DNA of 64,000 bases from the NCBI GenBank assembly GCA_036802945.1, contig DAIRVG010000001.1, positions 33,166-97,165 of the forward strand. Reading direction: 5' to 3'. Source of the DNA: Vicinamibacterales bacterium. Lineage in GTDB: Bacteria; Acidobacteriota; Vicinamibacteria; Vicinamibacterales; UBA2999. Positions 8,085 to 18,015 of this stretch are shown here, one piece after another; position 1 is the stretch's first letter, and each line of letters begins with the position of its first letter. The notes under the pieces were generated by a model. That model was not told the DNA's origin, did no database searches, and was given only the letters and a program-made list of their open reading frames with translations. The translations under genes were made by a program, and so were the position numbers.

Positions 8085-10474
8085 CGGCCGACGTTACTCT
8101 CAAGGATCGACCAACCGGACAGGTCGTCAACGAGGAGCGGACGCACCGATGACGCCAATGCCTTTGACACGAACGCGTGGGCAGGGTCCAGGAGAAGGTA
8201 ACGCACGTTGTTCTCGGCCAGGTAGCCGAGCGCTCGCTCGGGTTCGAAGTCTTCGGCCCCGCAGAACACCGGATGCGGCTCTTCGGCCCCCAGGTACTTG
8301 GCCCGGTAGGGCTGGTCCAGCATGTAGGGGGTGCCGGTGTGGACCAGATAATGCGCGGTAAAGAGATGGACTTCCACCAGCCAGGTGTTCTCGAACGGGC
8401 CGTCAACGACCGCCGGACCCGGAAGCGTCGCGAGCGTACCCATGATCGCAGGCGGGATCGTGAACAGACCGGGGCTGAACGTCCGGTCAAACCGACGAGT
8501 CCAGTCGGTTGCCTCGACCCATGTCCTCAGGTACTGGTTGTGGGCGAACTCGAAAAGAGTGGGCCGCTCGTTGCCGCTCTGATGATGTGCTTCGATCTGG
8601 TCTTCGCTGTCGATCAGATGCCCGCGGAAACCCGTGCCCAGCAGCGCAAGCGGCACGGTGGCCGCCACCGTTGCGACGACCGTCCACATGTCACGCCCTC
8701 GGTCTGCCGGGAACGGCAAAGACCGCAGCCCCTTGGCCATCCACCTCGCGGCCAGCGCCGCCGTGGCACTGATCAGAGCGCCTGCGAGAAGGACGTCGGC
8801 GCCGCGCTGTCCCGCGCGCATGGCGAGAGTGGCGAGCACGGCAAGCGCCACGCCCAGGCCAAATGCCGCGCCGATTCCAGGCACTCCCCACCGGGCCACA
8901 GCTTCCTCCGCGCCGAGAGCGATGACCAGCGCGATCAGGGTGTAAACCATCGGATAGAGATAGACCTCCCCCGAGAACAGCGCCTGTGAGAACGTGGCCG
9001 AGACGAACAGGTACGACAGCGCTGGAATTCGGAGGATCGCTAGGAAGCCGAGGCATGCAAGCGCGAGCCACAGGGCGGCAGCCGATCGACGGAATGCGAG
9101 CCCGATCGGAGCGATCCACGTAAAGAGCGCGTATCCGGGCAGTTTCCACAGCGTTGGAAAGTCCGTGGACTGTCCGCCGGGTTCCCAGATCGGCGGGCCG
9201 AACAGAGCAGCCGATGCGGAGGTCAGCACATGTCCGTAACGCTGGTGCCATTGACCCATGGCAGCGTCCTCGAACACGGTGACGTCCGGAGTCTGCATGA
9301 TTGCGCCTCCGACCACGGATGCGAAGAGCAGAGGAACAGCGATCAGGATGCCGATTCGGAACATCCTGGGACGGTCCACCCGTCCCGACAGCGCCACAGC
9401 GGCGCCCAGAAGAACCGCATATATGAGGTACTGAAGGACTTCCCTGGGGTGGATCAAAAAGACCGCGCAAGGGACGAGAGGCGCCAGCCAAGTCAGCAGA
9501 TTTCGCCACGGTCCGCTCTCTCCGAGCACGAGTGCCGCCGCCAGGGTCAGTTCAAGTGGCGCGAGAATGCTGATGGCAATGTCGGCGGGGTGGCTCAGGG
9601 GGGCGAGTTGCCCCGATTCGATGAAGAGACCCCAGGCGTAGGCCACGCCGCCGAATGTGCTGACGGTCAGCAGCACGAGGACGATCCCTCCCAGTCGCGC
9701 CGTCCGGGGGCGGCCGCACAGGGTTCCGATCAGAACCACGTGGATCAGGATCGACGCGACGAACCAGAGCGCACGAATGCGGTGGTAGATCACTATGGGA
9801 TCGAGCCCAGACAGGGAAACGATCATCGCTTCCCAGAAATGGAAGGGCGCGTAGACGTACGCCAGCGTGGCCGGCGTCTTGTACATGTAGTTGTCCGGCC
9901 GAATCGCCTCGAGCGCCGCCAGCTTCCGAATGTAGCCCAATGCCAGGAAGTCTTCGCCGTAAAACCCCTCGAAGGGCACGCCCACGAAGTACAGGCCAAC
10001 GGCAGCCGCGGCGACAAGCAGGGCCAGAATGGTTCCCACACTGCGGAGCGAGGCGCCTGGCTGAAACGTGGTGGTATCGATTCGAGGCCGAGCGCGCCAG
10101 ATGGCCGTCGCGATCGTTGTCGCGAGCGCAGACAAGAGGAAGAAGGCCGAGGCGCCGCGAGCGTTCCATTCCGTTTGAAAGGTCGCGACCGTTACGAGCG
10201 CCACCAGTAGAAGCTGGATGCCGAATCCGGCAACCAAAATCTCCGCGTGCCGCGCGCCTCCCGCGAGCCGCCGGGCGATCTCGGCCCCTGGGAGGAGTAG
10301 AAGGGCGGCAGCGGCGACGAAGAAGCGGACGGGCGTCCACAGAGGCAGCCCGGGGAAGACCCAGAGCACCAGCGCCGCAGCGAGCAGTGTTCTAAGAAAC
10401 CAGGGCAAAACGTCGGGTACGAAAGCCGTGGGGCCGTCGCTGACCGGTGAGCCTTGTTCTGTTGCGGGATCCAA
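8081..10474 (-). CDS. Large polytopic membrane protein, GT-C-like putative glycosyltransferase (family A, copy 1)
   Basis: 797 aa with many hydrophobic helices and a C-terminal soluble part. It is a paralogue of 23964..26342 and 28596..31397. Shared features are an acidic loop (GEDF/TEDQ/GEDY), Y.Y(A/P)(P)F(P/H)..H(Y/F), (Y)H(R/K)(I/L)RA(L/F)W, a C-terminal ..(Y/H)(L/V)L(L/V)DP.. and G/SGW(A/S)(I/V). Confidence 0.8.
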   Translation of the reverse strand: MDPATEQGSPVSDGPTAFVPDVLPWFLRTLLAAALVLWVFPGLPLWTPVRFFVAAAALLLLPGAEIARRLAGGARHAEILVAGFGIQLLLVALVTVATFQTEWNARGASAFFLLSALATTIATAIWRARPRIDTTTFQPGASLRSVGTILALLVAAAAVGLYFVGVPFEGFYGEDFLALGYIRKLAALEAIRPDNYMYKTPATLAYVYAPFHFWEAMIVSLSGLDPIVIYHRIRALWFVASILIHVVLIGTLCGRPRTARLGGIVLVLLTVSTFGGVAYAWGLFIESGQLAPLSHPADIAISILAPLELTLAAALVLGESGPWRNLLTWLAPLVPCAVFLIHPREVLQYLIYAVLLGAAVALSGRVDRPRMFRIGILIAVPLLFASVVGGAIMQTPDVTVFEDAAMGQWHQRYGHVLTSASAALFGPPIWEPGGQSTDFPTLWKLPGYALFTWIAPIGLAFRRSAAALWLALACLGFLAILRIPALSYLFVSATFSQALFSGEVYLYPMVYTLIALVIALGAEEAVARWGVPGIGAAFGLGVALAVLATLAMRAGQRGADVLLAGALISATAALAARWMAKGLRSLPFPADRGRDMWTVVATVAATVPLALLGTGFRGHLIDSEDQIEAHHQSGNERPTLFEFAHNQYLRTWVEATDWTRRFDRTFSPGLFTIPPAIMGTLATLPGPAVVDGPFENTWLVEVHLFTAHYLVHTGTPYMLDQPYRAKYLGAEEPHPVFCGAEDFEPERALGYLAENNVRYLLLDPAHAFVSKALASSVRPLLVDDLSGWSILESNVGR

Positions 10475-10582
10475 AGGTCAAGTTCTCGACAGGAGCGCGG
10501 CTGCACCTCCACTGCGGCAGTCGGGCGCGGGCGGAACGCGGAGATTCTACCGCAGCCACAGGTCTGCGGTCTCGAAGAACGG

Positions 10583-12097
10583 TCACACCGGAGGGCAGGG
10601 AAGGGCAGTCAGCGTATCGATTGGCGCGGTCGGGGCTGCCTGCGGCAGCCAGACGCGCAGACGCGAGTCGATCGCCGGCACTGCGTGCTCGGCCCAGCCG
10701 CGTTGCTGCAGCCACCGATCGAGTTCCGGCCACGACCTCCTGAAGTCCGTCGAGCCATCCAGCATCACGGCTGCGGCGACCCGCTCACGATTCAAGCGCG
10801 CGAGAGCACGTCCGATATCCGCCGGGTCGTCGTAGTACCCGGGAATCCACGCGGCGAGTCCGCCGGCGAAGGCACGGTGCGCGAGCACCGGAATCTCCGG
10901 TCCGAAGCCGCTGACGAGGACGCGGTCGCCGGCCGGCGTGCAACGAGCGAGATAGTCGACCAGCGGCGCAAGATGGGGATCCGGCTGGATCTCGGGCGCC
11001 GCGTGCGCCAGACGTCGAGTGACGCGCACCGGCTGGCTCGCCAGGGTCTCCAGCGTAGGAAGGCGATCCGGGTGCGCTACTGCCAGGGCCGCTGCGGGCA
11101 CGAGCAACGCGACGGCAACCGCGAGGAGGGCACGGTTCAGCACGCGTGAGGGCAGCACCTGGCCTGCGACCGCCGCGGCGACGACGGCGATGGGCGCCAC
11201 CACATCGGGTAATCGAGCGACAAGAACGTCGCGGAGGAAGACCAGTTCGATCAACAGCACCAGCACCGATGCCGACGCCAGCTGCGCAGGCGAGAGCCCC
11301 GACCTTCTTCGGAAGGAAAGGAGCAAACCCGTCATCGGAATGGCCACGAGCGCGTAGAACAAGGGGCTCCGCGGCCACCCTTCAGCCGTCCGCCTTCCTT
11401 CCGCTGTGACAAACCGAAACGCCGAGGCGAAGTACTCGGCGATCCCTTCCGACCACTGGACGTACAACAGCCATGGGCTGACGAACAGGACTGACAGGCC
11501 CGCGTACGACGCCACACGGCGAATCATTTCGCCGCGATCGGCGGAATGGCACATCGTCAGCAACACGATGTTCGAAGCGGCGACGTAAACGACATAGTCG
11601 TGGCGCAGGAGGAAGGCAATCGCCGTCCATCCTGCCAACAGGACGAGCCGTCTCGCTGAGGGCGCGTCCGCGTAACGCCAGGAAAGCCAGATCACCACGA
11701 CAGGCACGAGCACCTTTGTCGTGTTGTACATCCGCGGATAGATCGCAACGGTCATTGCCGCTGCGAGCAGCCCCGCCCAGGTGCTTCCCGTCGCCCGGAA
11801 TGCCAGCAGATACACGAGCGCCGACGTCACGGACAGAAAGAGGATGCAGAGGACGACGTTCACGAGGAGCGTCGGGCCGAAGAGCGCCGCCGCAGCGGTC
11901 GACACGAGGTACGCCAGCGGCTGTCCGGGATCTTCGAAATCGCGCACTGGCCAATCGCCGTGCAGCACCTGGAACGCGCGCGCCAGCATCACGAAGTGGT
12001 CGTTGTCGATCGCGCCGGTCGTCAAGTACCGGATGAAGAAGGTCGCAATCCCGACGCTGAAGGCAATGGTGGATTTCAGATTTCGCTGTTGTACCAC
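10583..12097 (-). CDS. Large polytopic membrane protein, putative glycosyltransferase/polymerase-like (family B, copy 1)
   Basis: The ORF is open to 12382, but that extension would overlap smpB. A GTG at 12097 gives an N-terminus collinear with the paralogues. Shared motifs are R(Y/F)(L/I)T.G...NDH(F/Y)V, GDWP(V/I)RD(F/Y), a C-terminal YL(A/N).CT...D(R/Y)(V/L)LV and (L/F)PC(P/F) at the end. Confidence 0.75.
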   Translation of the reverse strand: MVQQRNLKSTIAFSVGIATFFIRYLTTGAIDNDHFVMLARAFQVLHGDWPVRDFEDPGQPLAYLVSTAAAALFGPTLLVNVVLCILFLSVTSALVYLLAFRATGSTWAGLLAAAMTVAIYPRMYNTTKVLVPVVVIWLSWRYADAPSARRLVLLAGWTAIAFLLRHDYVVYVAASNIVLLTMCHSADRGEMIRRVASYAGLSVLFVSPWLLYVQWSEGIAEYFASAFRFVTAEGRRTAEGWPRSPLFYALVAIPMTGLLLSFRRRSGLSPAQLASASVLVLLIELVFLRDVLVARLPDVVAPIAVVAAAVAGQVLPSRVLNRALLAVAVALLVPAAALAVAHPDRLPTLETLASQPVRVTRRLAHAAPEIQPDPHLAPLVDYLARCTPAGDRVLVSGFGPEIPVLAHRAFAGGLAAWIPGYYDDPADIGRALARLNRERVAAAVMLDGSTDFRRSWPELDRWLQQRGWAEHAVPAIDSRLRVWLPQAAPTAPIDTLTALPCPPV

Positions 12098-12252
12098 GCC
12101 TCCGAGGCATTTCTCGAACAGCACCCGACGGCGCTGTCTGGATGCGGCCCGACGTCCGCCGCCGTCGAGGCTGCGATTTGCGGCGTAATCGATACGAGGC
12201 AGGCCGGAATCGGGAACAGTCCGTCGGCCATCGCACGTAGTACGATTTCGTA

Positions 12253-12735
12253 ATGACCGACAAGGCCCAGGGCGACGAAGCGAGGCGTGTGATTGCGGAG
12301 AACCGCAAGGCCCGCCACGACTACCACGTGCTTCAGACGTGGGAGGCAGGCGTCGCGTTGCTGGGTACGGAAGTAAAGTCAATTCGCGAAGGCCGCGCGA
12401 ACCTGCGCGACAGCTACGCGCGTGTTCAGGGGAGCGAGATCTGGCTCTACAACGTCCATATCAGTCCGTACAGCCACCGGGGATCAGCCGAGCATGCGGA
12501 GATGCGCCCGCGCAAGCTGCTGCTTCACCGCCATGAAATCCGGAAGCTCGTGGGACAAACCGCCGAAAAGGGGCTGACGCTGGTGCCGCTCGAGCTCTAC
12601 TTCAAAACGGGACGGGTGAAGGTGTTGCTGGCGCTCGCCAAAGGCAAGAAGGAACACGACAAGCGCGAAACGATCCGCCGGCGGGAGATCGATCGGGAAA
12701 CGCGGTCGGCGATGAAGTCGGCCAGGCGAAGCTGA
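12253..12735 (+). CDS. smpB: SsrA-binding protein (trans-translation)
   Basis: Contains KNRKARHDYHVL...EAGVALLGTEVKSIREGRANL, WLYNVHISPY, RKLLLHRHEI and KGLTLVPLELYF..GRVKVLLALAKGKK, with the basic tail typical of SmpB. Confidence 0.97.
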   Translation: MTDKAQGDEARRVIAENRKARHDYHVLQTWEAGVALLGTEVKSIREGRANLRDSYARVQGSEIWLYNVHISPYSHRGSAEHAEMRPRKLLLHRHEIRKLVGQTAEKGLTLVPLELYFKTGRVKVLLALAKGKKEHDKRETIRRREIDRETRSAMKSARRS

Positions 12736-12740
12736 GAGAC

Positions 12741-14459
12741 GTGCCCCCCTCCATGAGCGCATCCCACCCCACGCGCGGACCCGCGCTGTCGGATTCCCGA
12801 GCACTCCGGAGCGCCGGTCGCGTTGCGCTCATCCTCGCAATTCTGGCGATCGCCGCGGTTGCCTTTCTCCTCCGCTTCAACGCGCTTGGCGGCTCGCTCG
12901 GAGGTTTCGACGACGACGAGTTCGTGACCCTGACGCATGTCGACATGGTAGTAAGCGGCCAGCAGCCGCTGCGCGACTTCGCCGACAACGAGCTGCGTGG
13001 AGTCTGGCCCTCCCTCAGCTTTGAGCTGCCGGCCCTCGCGCAGCGGACCTGGGGCCGCAACCTGTTCGTGCACGCGTGCTACACGCTCGGTGCGCTCGCG
13101 CTCTGCGCCGTAATGGTGTTTGTCCTCGCGGGCAACCTGTCACGCAACTGGCTGGTCGCACTGCTCACCGCGGGCGTCGTTATCCTCAGCTGGACGGTCC
13201 CCTACAACTACCAGAAGCTGTTTTCCATGACGCTCGGCATTGTGGCGATCCGCTGGGCGGTCCTGCGGCCCACATGGCGGCGGCTGGCGGCGCTGGCGGC
13301 CGCGACCCTGATCGCTGCCCTGTTCCGCCACGACTACGGCCTGTTCGTGGGCGTTGGAGCTGTCGCGGGCATCATCGGATCCCAGCCGCGACCGATGGTC
13401 GTTCCGCTCCGTCGCCTTGCGATGTACGGAGGATTGCTCGTCCTGGTGTCACTGCCGTCGCTGTTGTGGCTGGCGTGGAACGGCGGCGTGATCCAGTATG
13501 CCGGACTGGTGCTGCGGGCATCGCTCACACAATCAGTAAACAATCCAGCGATGGGGTTCAGGCCGCGCTTCGACCCCGCGGCTCCGCTCGCAGCCGACAG
13601 CCTTATCGCGCTCACCTACTACACGTACTGGGCACTGGTCGTCGCTGCGCTCGCGCTGCTGGCGACGCTGTCGACCCGTCGATCGCGGAGCGGCCATGAC
13701 GCGCACATCGGGACGGGATGGGCACTGGTCGCGATGACGCCGTTCGTCAACTATTTCCTGCTGCGCTCGCATCTTCAGGCGCGCTTCGGCGACGCGGTTG
13801 TGCCGATGGCCCTCATTGGTCCCTGGATCGTCGGCACCGCTCCGATGTTGACGTCGCACGTGGGGCGCGCGGTAGCTCGAGCCGGTCCACCGGTGCTCCT
13901 GGCGCTCATGTGCGCGGCATTCGTGCCGATCGAATACGTGCCCCATGAGTTGAGTACCGGCGGTTTCACGCAGTCACCGGAAGTGGTGGCGCAACGGTTT
14001 GTGGAGGTCAGGCGTGAGCTGCTTGCGCTGCCGCCCCACGACTGGACCAAGGTTGATCTCAGCGGCACCCTGGGCGCGGCCCGGTATCTCGCCGAATGCA
14101 CCGCCCCGGACGACTACGTGCTCGTCGGGACGTTCGCCGAGCAGGTTCCCTACTTCGCGCGCCGACGGTTTGCCGGCGGGCAATCGTACTTCGCGTTTTC
14201 ATTCCTGCGCACCGAGGCGGATCAGCGGCTCGTGCTGGAGCGGCTCGGCCACCAGTCGGTACCTGTGATCCTTGCCGCCTTCGACTACGACAAGGAGATC
14301 ATCGAGAACTATCCGCTGCTGGCGCAGCACATTGCCAGTCACTACCACGAGGTCGGAGTCATCGACGCCTACGGCGAGCCGTGGGTGCGCGTGTTCGTGG
14401 AGAATGAACGGTTGGCCACGGGAACGGATCCGCTGCTCGGGTTTCCCTGCTTCCGATGA
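12741..14459 (+). CDS. Large polytopic membrane protein (family B, copy 2)
   Basis: 572 aa and multi-helix. It shares the family B C-terminal block (YLAECTAPDDYVLVGTF..RRRFAGG, LERLGHQSVPVILA) and the terminal FPCF. The start could be GTG 12741 or ATG 12753. Confidence 0.75.
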   Translation: MPPSMSASHPTRGPALSDSRALRSAGRVALILAILAIAAVAFLLRFNALGGSLGGFDDDEFVTLTHVDMVVSGQQPLRDFADNELRGVWPSLSFELPALAQRTWGRNLFVHACYTLGALALCAVMVFVLAGNLSRNWLVALLTAGVVILSWTVPYNYQKLFSMTLGIVAIRWAVLRPTWRRLAALAAATLIAALFRHDYGLFVGVGAVAGIIGSQPRPMVVPLRRLAMYGGLLVLVSLPSLLWLAWNGGVIQYAGLVLRASLTQSVNNPAMGFRPRFDPAAPLAADSLIALTYYTYWALVVAALALLATLSTRRSRSGHDAHIGTGWALVAMTPFVNYFLLRSHLQARFGDAVVPMALIGPWIVGTAPMLTSHVGRAVARAGPPVLLALMCAAFVPIEYVPHELSTGGFTQSPEVVAQRFVEVRRELLALPPHDWTKVDLSGTLGAARYLAECTAPDDYVLVGTFAEQVPYFARRRFAGGQSYFAFSFLRTEADQRLVLERLGHQSVPVILAAFDYDKEIIENYPLLAQHIASHYHEVGVIDAYGEPWVRVFVENERLATGTDPLLGFPCFR

Positions 14460-14524
14460 TTGTCTTTTTCGGTTGCGTGACGAAGCGCGGTATTTGCCGC
14501 TCAGTCGGGCTGATGTATCTTGGG

Positions 14525-14554
14525 TTGACTCGTCACCAGCCTCCTTCCCACAAT
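14525..14554 (+). promoter_or_regulatory. Sigma70-like promoter candidate for the operon starting at 14620
   Basis: TTGACT (14525-14530), an 18-nt spacer and CACAAT (14549-14554) lie in a 160-nt intergenic gap. This is pattern only. Confidence 0.3.
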
Positions 14555-14619
14555 GAAGCGCGGCCGCTCGCCTGGAGTGTGGCCCAGTTCATCGACGACA
14601 GAGACTTGGCGACCCCCCC

Positions 14620-15825
14620 ATGATGAGCGTCCCGACGGCCGTTACCGAGATAGAGCACTGCCGCGTGTGCGGTTCTCCCGCGCTCGAACCGGTGTTCTCG
14701 CTCGGGGATCTCTATGTGTCGGACTTCGTGCGCGATCGGAACGCCGCGGGGATCAAGGGTCCGCTCGATCTGGTCCTCTGTGAGAAATGCACCCTCCTCC
14801 AACTCAAGCACACGGCCCCGCAGGAGATCCTGTACGCGCGCCATTACTGGTACCGATCTGGCGTGACGGAGACCATGCGACGCGCCCTGCGGGACGTCGC
14901 CGAGAGCGTCGAGCGCCTGGTCTCGCCCGCGGACGGCGCCATCGTCCTCGACATCGGTGCCAATGACGGCACGCTGCTGGCGGCCTACGGCAATGAGACG
15001 CTCAGAAGAGTGGGCTGCGAGCCGGCCAACAACCTCGTAGGCCACCTGCGGCAGGTGACGCCGCACGTGATTCATGGCTTCTGGGAGCGTGACGCCTTCG
15101 AGCGGATGTTCCCTGGCGAGAAGGCCATCGCGATCACCGCCATCGGCATGTTCTACGACATGGACGACCCCAACACTTTCATTGCGGACGCCGCGAGCGT
15201 GCTTGCCCACGACGGCGTCTTCGTGGCGCAGTTGATGTGCCTGCGCCCGATGCTGGAAACGAACGACGTCGGCAACATCTGTCACGAGCACCTGGAATAC
15301 TACTCACTCGAATCCCTCCAGTACCTCTTCGAGCACAACGGACTCGAGATCTTCGCGCTCGAGGAAAACGACGTCAACGGCGGCAGCTATCGCCTGTTCG
15401 CGCGGAAGTATCGGTCCGGGAGCATGGCCCTCGCGGACCGCTTCAGGAAACAGGACTACCTGGACTTCTATGCGCGAGTCGAGAGGAACAGGAACGAGTG
15501 CGTCACGTTCATCAAGGGTGAGGTTGCGAAGGGAAAGAAGGTGTACGTCTACGGGGCGTCGACGAAGGGGAACACGATTCTCCAGTACTATGGGCTCACC
15601 CACGAGTGGATCAGCGGCGCCGCCGAGAGAAGCCCCGAGAAGTTTGGGACGTACACGGTTGGCACCCTGATCCCGATCGTCCCCGAGGAGGAGGCCAGGA
15701 AAGAGGCGGACTACTTCCTCGTACTGCCGTGGGCGTTTCTGAACGAGTTCCTGCGTCGCGAGAGCGACTGGCGGGCGGCAGGAGGGAAGTTCATCGTGCC
15801 GCTGCCGGAGGTTCGGGTTCTGTGA
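14620..15825 (+). CDS. NDP-sugar C-methyltransferase family protein (zinc-ribbon + SAM MTase + C-terminal C-methyltransferase domain)
   Basis: Contains CRVCGSPALEPVFSLGDLYVSDF, LVLCEKCTLLQL, YWYRSGVTETMR, VLDIGANDGTLL, HEHLEYYSL and VYVYGASTKGNT. This layout matches TylCIII-type sugar 3-C-methyltransferases. Confidence 0.85.
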   Translation: MMSVPTAVTEIEHCRVCGSPALEPVFSLGDLYVSDFVRDRNAAGIKGPLDLVLCEKCTLLQLKHTAPQEILYARHYWYRSGVTETMRRALRDVAESVERLVSPADGAIVLDIGANDGTLLAAYGNETLRRVGCEPANNLVGHLRQVTPHVIHGFWERDAFERMFPGEKAIAITAIGMFYDMDDPNTFIADAASVLAHDGVFVAQLMCLRPMLETNDVGNICHEHLEYYSLESLQYLFEHNGLEIFALEENDVNGGSYRLFARKYRSGSMALADRFRKQDYLDFYARVERNRNECVTFIKGEVAKGKKVYVYGASTKGNTILQYYGLTHEWISGAAERSPEKFGTYTVGTLIPIVPEEEARKEADYFLVLPWAFLNEFLRRESDWRAAGGKFIVPLPEVRVL

Positions 15826-15892
15826 GGCTGCCGGAGGATCCGCGCGGAGGGCGATTGCCGGAGCCCTTCTCGCGATTTCAGTCGTTCAACGC

Positions 15893-16885
15893 ATGGCTGA
15901 CTCGATGAAGGCGCTGATTCTTGGCGTGACCGGCCAGGACGGCAGCTATCTGGCGGAGATCCTCCTCGACAAGGGGTACGAGGTGCACGGGATGGTGCGC
16001 CGCTCCGCGACCGGGAACACCCGAAACATCGAGCACATCAAGGACCGCCTCATCCTCCACCGCGGGGACTTGGCTGACACCACATCGCTCTACCGGATCA
16101 TTCGGGACGTGGCGCCACAGGAGCTCTACAACGAGGCCGATCAGGACCACGTACGATGGAGCTTCGACACCCCGGAGTACTCGTACGACATCACGGGATC
16201 CGCCGTGGGCCGCCTCCTCGAGATCGTCCGCCAGATCGACCCGACGATCAGGATCTTCCAGCCGTGCACGTCGAACATGTTCGGAAAAGCCACGGAAAGC
16301 CCGCAGACCGAGGACACGCCGTTCCGGCCGCAAAGCCCTTATGCATGCGCGAAGCTGCTGGCGTATGTGCTGGCGCGACACTATCGCGATGCGTACGGGA
16401 TGTTCGTATCGACCGCAATTCTGTACAACCACGAGTCTCCTCGCCGGACCGACGAGTACGTCACGAGAAAGATCACCAGGGCCGCCGCTCGAATCAAGAC
16501 GGGCCTGCAGGAGCGCCTGCTCCTGGGGGACCTGAGCGCCGCCGTCGACTGGGGCTTCGCAAAGGAATACATGGAGGCTGCCTGGAGCATCCTTCAGCAG
16601 GATCGGGCCGACGACTACATCATCGCGACCGGCGAGACGCACACGGTTCGCGCCTGGCTGGATACGGCATTCGAACTCGTGGGACTCGACCTCGACGGCC
16701 GCGTGAGTATCGATGCCGGGCTTCTTCGGCCGGGCAATACAGCGCAACTCGTGGGCGACGCCTCTAAGGCACGGAACGCGTTTGGGTTCGACCCGCAGGT
16801 AAAGTTCCGCAGACTGATCGAGGTGATGCTCGAAGCGGACCTCAGCGAGGCATCGGACGAGAAGGAAGGGAGAGCGCACCGTTGA
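15893..16885 (+). CDS. gmd: GDP-mannose 4,6-dehydratase
   Basis: Contains ILGVTGQDGSYLAEILLDKGYEVHG, SPYACAKL, ILYNHESPRR, YVTRKITRAAARI and DWGFAKEYMEA, collinear with Gmd. Confidence 0.95.
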   Translation: MADSMKALILGVTGQDGSYLAEILLDKGYEVHGMVRRSATGNTRNIEHIKDRLILHRGDLADTTSLYRIIRDVAPQELYNEADQDHVRWSFDTPEYSYDITGSAVGRLLEIVRQIDPTIRIFQPCTSNMFGKATESPQTEDTPFRPQSPYACAKLLAYVLARHYRDAYGMFVSTAILYNHESPRRTDEYVTRKITRAAARIKTGLQERLLLGDLSAAVDWGFAKEYMEAAWSILQQDRADDYIIATGETHTVRAWLDTAFELVGLDLDGRVSIDAGLLRPGNTAQLVGDASKARNAFGFDPQVKFRRLIEVMLEADLSEASDEKEGRAHR

Positions 16886-17970
16886 TCAGGGTTTGCGAGC
16901 CATCGCTGTCGGACCTCGAGAAGAAGTACGTCTGCGAGGCGATCGACAAGAGCTGGCTCTCGTCGATCGCGCCTCCAGTCCGTCTCTTCGAGGAGGCGTT
17001 CGCGCAGCGCTGGGGCACAAAACATGCGGTGGCGGTCAATTCGGGAGGCTCGGCTCTGTTCCTTGCCTTGTGGGCTCTGGGGATTCGGGATGGAGACGAG
17101 GTCCTCATGCCCGCGTTCACGATGATCGCCACAGCCGGCGCCGTGACGCAGTGCGGCGCGACGCCCGTGTTCGTCGATTCGGAGCCCGGCACGGGCAACA
17201 TCGACGTCTCGCTGATCGAGGACAAGATCACGACCAGGACGAAGATGATCCTACCGGTGCACATCTACGGCCACCCGTGCGACATGGATCCAATCCTCCG
17301 GCTCGCCCGGGATTACGGGCTGTTCCTCGTGGAGGACGCCGCGGAATCCCACGGGGCGCTCTATAAAGGCAAGCAGGTCGGCGGGCTGGGTCACGCGGGG
17401 TGTTTTTCCTTCTACGCCAACAAGATCGTCACGTCAGGCGAGGGGGGCATGATCGTCACCAACGACGACAACCTTGCCCATCGGCTCCGGCATACCCGGG
17501 CGTACGACTTCGATGAGGAGAGGCATTTCTGGCACAGGCGGCTGGCGTGGAACCTTCGGATGAGCGCGCTCGAGGCCGCGGTCGGCCGGGCGCAGCTCGA
17601 GCGCCTCGACGAGCTGATCGCCGGACGGCGCCGGAACGCGGCTTTCTACACCGAGCGCCTTGGCGATCTCGCGGAGCCGCTCGAGACGAAAGACTACGCG
17701 ACGCCAATATGCTGGATGTACGGCCTCCTGGTTCGAGACCTGGCCGAACGGGATGGGCTCATGGACCATCTCGCGAAGAACGACGTCGAGACGCGCACCT
17801 TCTTCCTGCCGATGCACCAGCAGCCGGTCTACAAGTCGGCCGAGTCGTTCCCGGTTGCCGAGGACCTGGGGGAGAGAGGTCTCTATTTGCCCTCGTCCTC
17901 GCACTTGAGAGACGAGGACAGGGACACAGTCATTCGTCACGTCCGCGAGTACCTGGCTCCGCGGCGCTGA
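16882..17970 (+). CDS. DegT/DnrJ/EryC1-family PLP sugar aminotransferase (context suggests GDP-4-keto-6-deoxymannose 4-aminotransferase / perosamine synthase)
   Basis: Contains AVNSGGSALFLAL, DEVLMPAFTMIAT, the FSFYANKIVTSGEGGMIVTND lysine motif and YLPSSSHL. Its start overlaps the gmd stop (TTGA). The substrate is inferred from adjacency only. Confidence 0.8.
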   Translation: MIRVCEPSLSDLEKKYVCEAIDKSWLSSIAPPVRLFEEAFAQRWGTKHAVAVNSGGSALFLALWALGIRDGDEVLMPAFTMIATAGAVTQCGATPVFVDSEPGTGNIDVSLIEDKITTRTKMILPVHIYGHPCDMDPILRLARDYGLFLVEDAAESHGALYKGKQVGGLGHAGCFSFYANKIVTSGEGGMIVTNDDNLAHRLRHTRAYDFDEERHFWHRRLAWNLRMSALEAAVGRAQLERLDELIAGRRRNAAFYTERLGDLAEPLETKDYATPICWMYGLLVRDLAERDGLMDHLAKNDVETRTFFLPMHQQPVYKSAESFPVAEDLGERGLYLPSSSHLRDEDRDTVIRHVREYLAPRR

Positions 17971-18015
17971 TCCGCTCTTCACGTTCGCCGCAGGAACAGT
18001 CGCACGACCTGAGGA

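Noticed and set aside
12098-12252. Possible tmRNA (ssrA) or tRNA next to smpB
   Set aside because: I found no T-loop-like GGTTCGAnTCC, no acceptor-stem/CCA-like arrangement and no tag-reading-frame-like segment here or elsewhere in the window. ssrA is therefore presumably encoded elsewhere.
12098-12382. N-terminal extension of the family B gene (track ORF 10583..12382) overlapping smpB by 130 nt
   Set aside because: The extension is Arg/Pro/Gly-rich and is not conserved in the two paralogues. It would remove any promoter space for the divergent smpB. GTG 12097 gives a collinear N-terminus. The similar extensions at 28303-28551, 38013-38114, 58167-58394, 18690-18752, 42016-42225, 43791-43871, 46433-46480, 49244-49390 and 52586-52714 were trimmed on the same logic, mostly because a start codon overlaps the upstream stop.
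15878-16879. 333-aa minus-strand ORF exactly antisense to gmd
   Set aside because: gmd on the plus strand is unambiguous, and the antisense product has no motifs and a biased Arg/Val/Leu composition. The 394-aa ORF at 49268-50452, antisense to rfbB, is rejected for the same reason.
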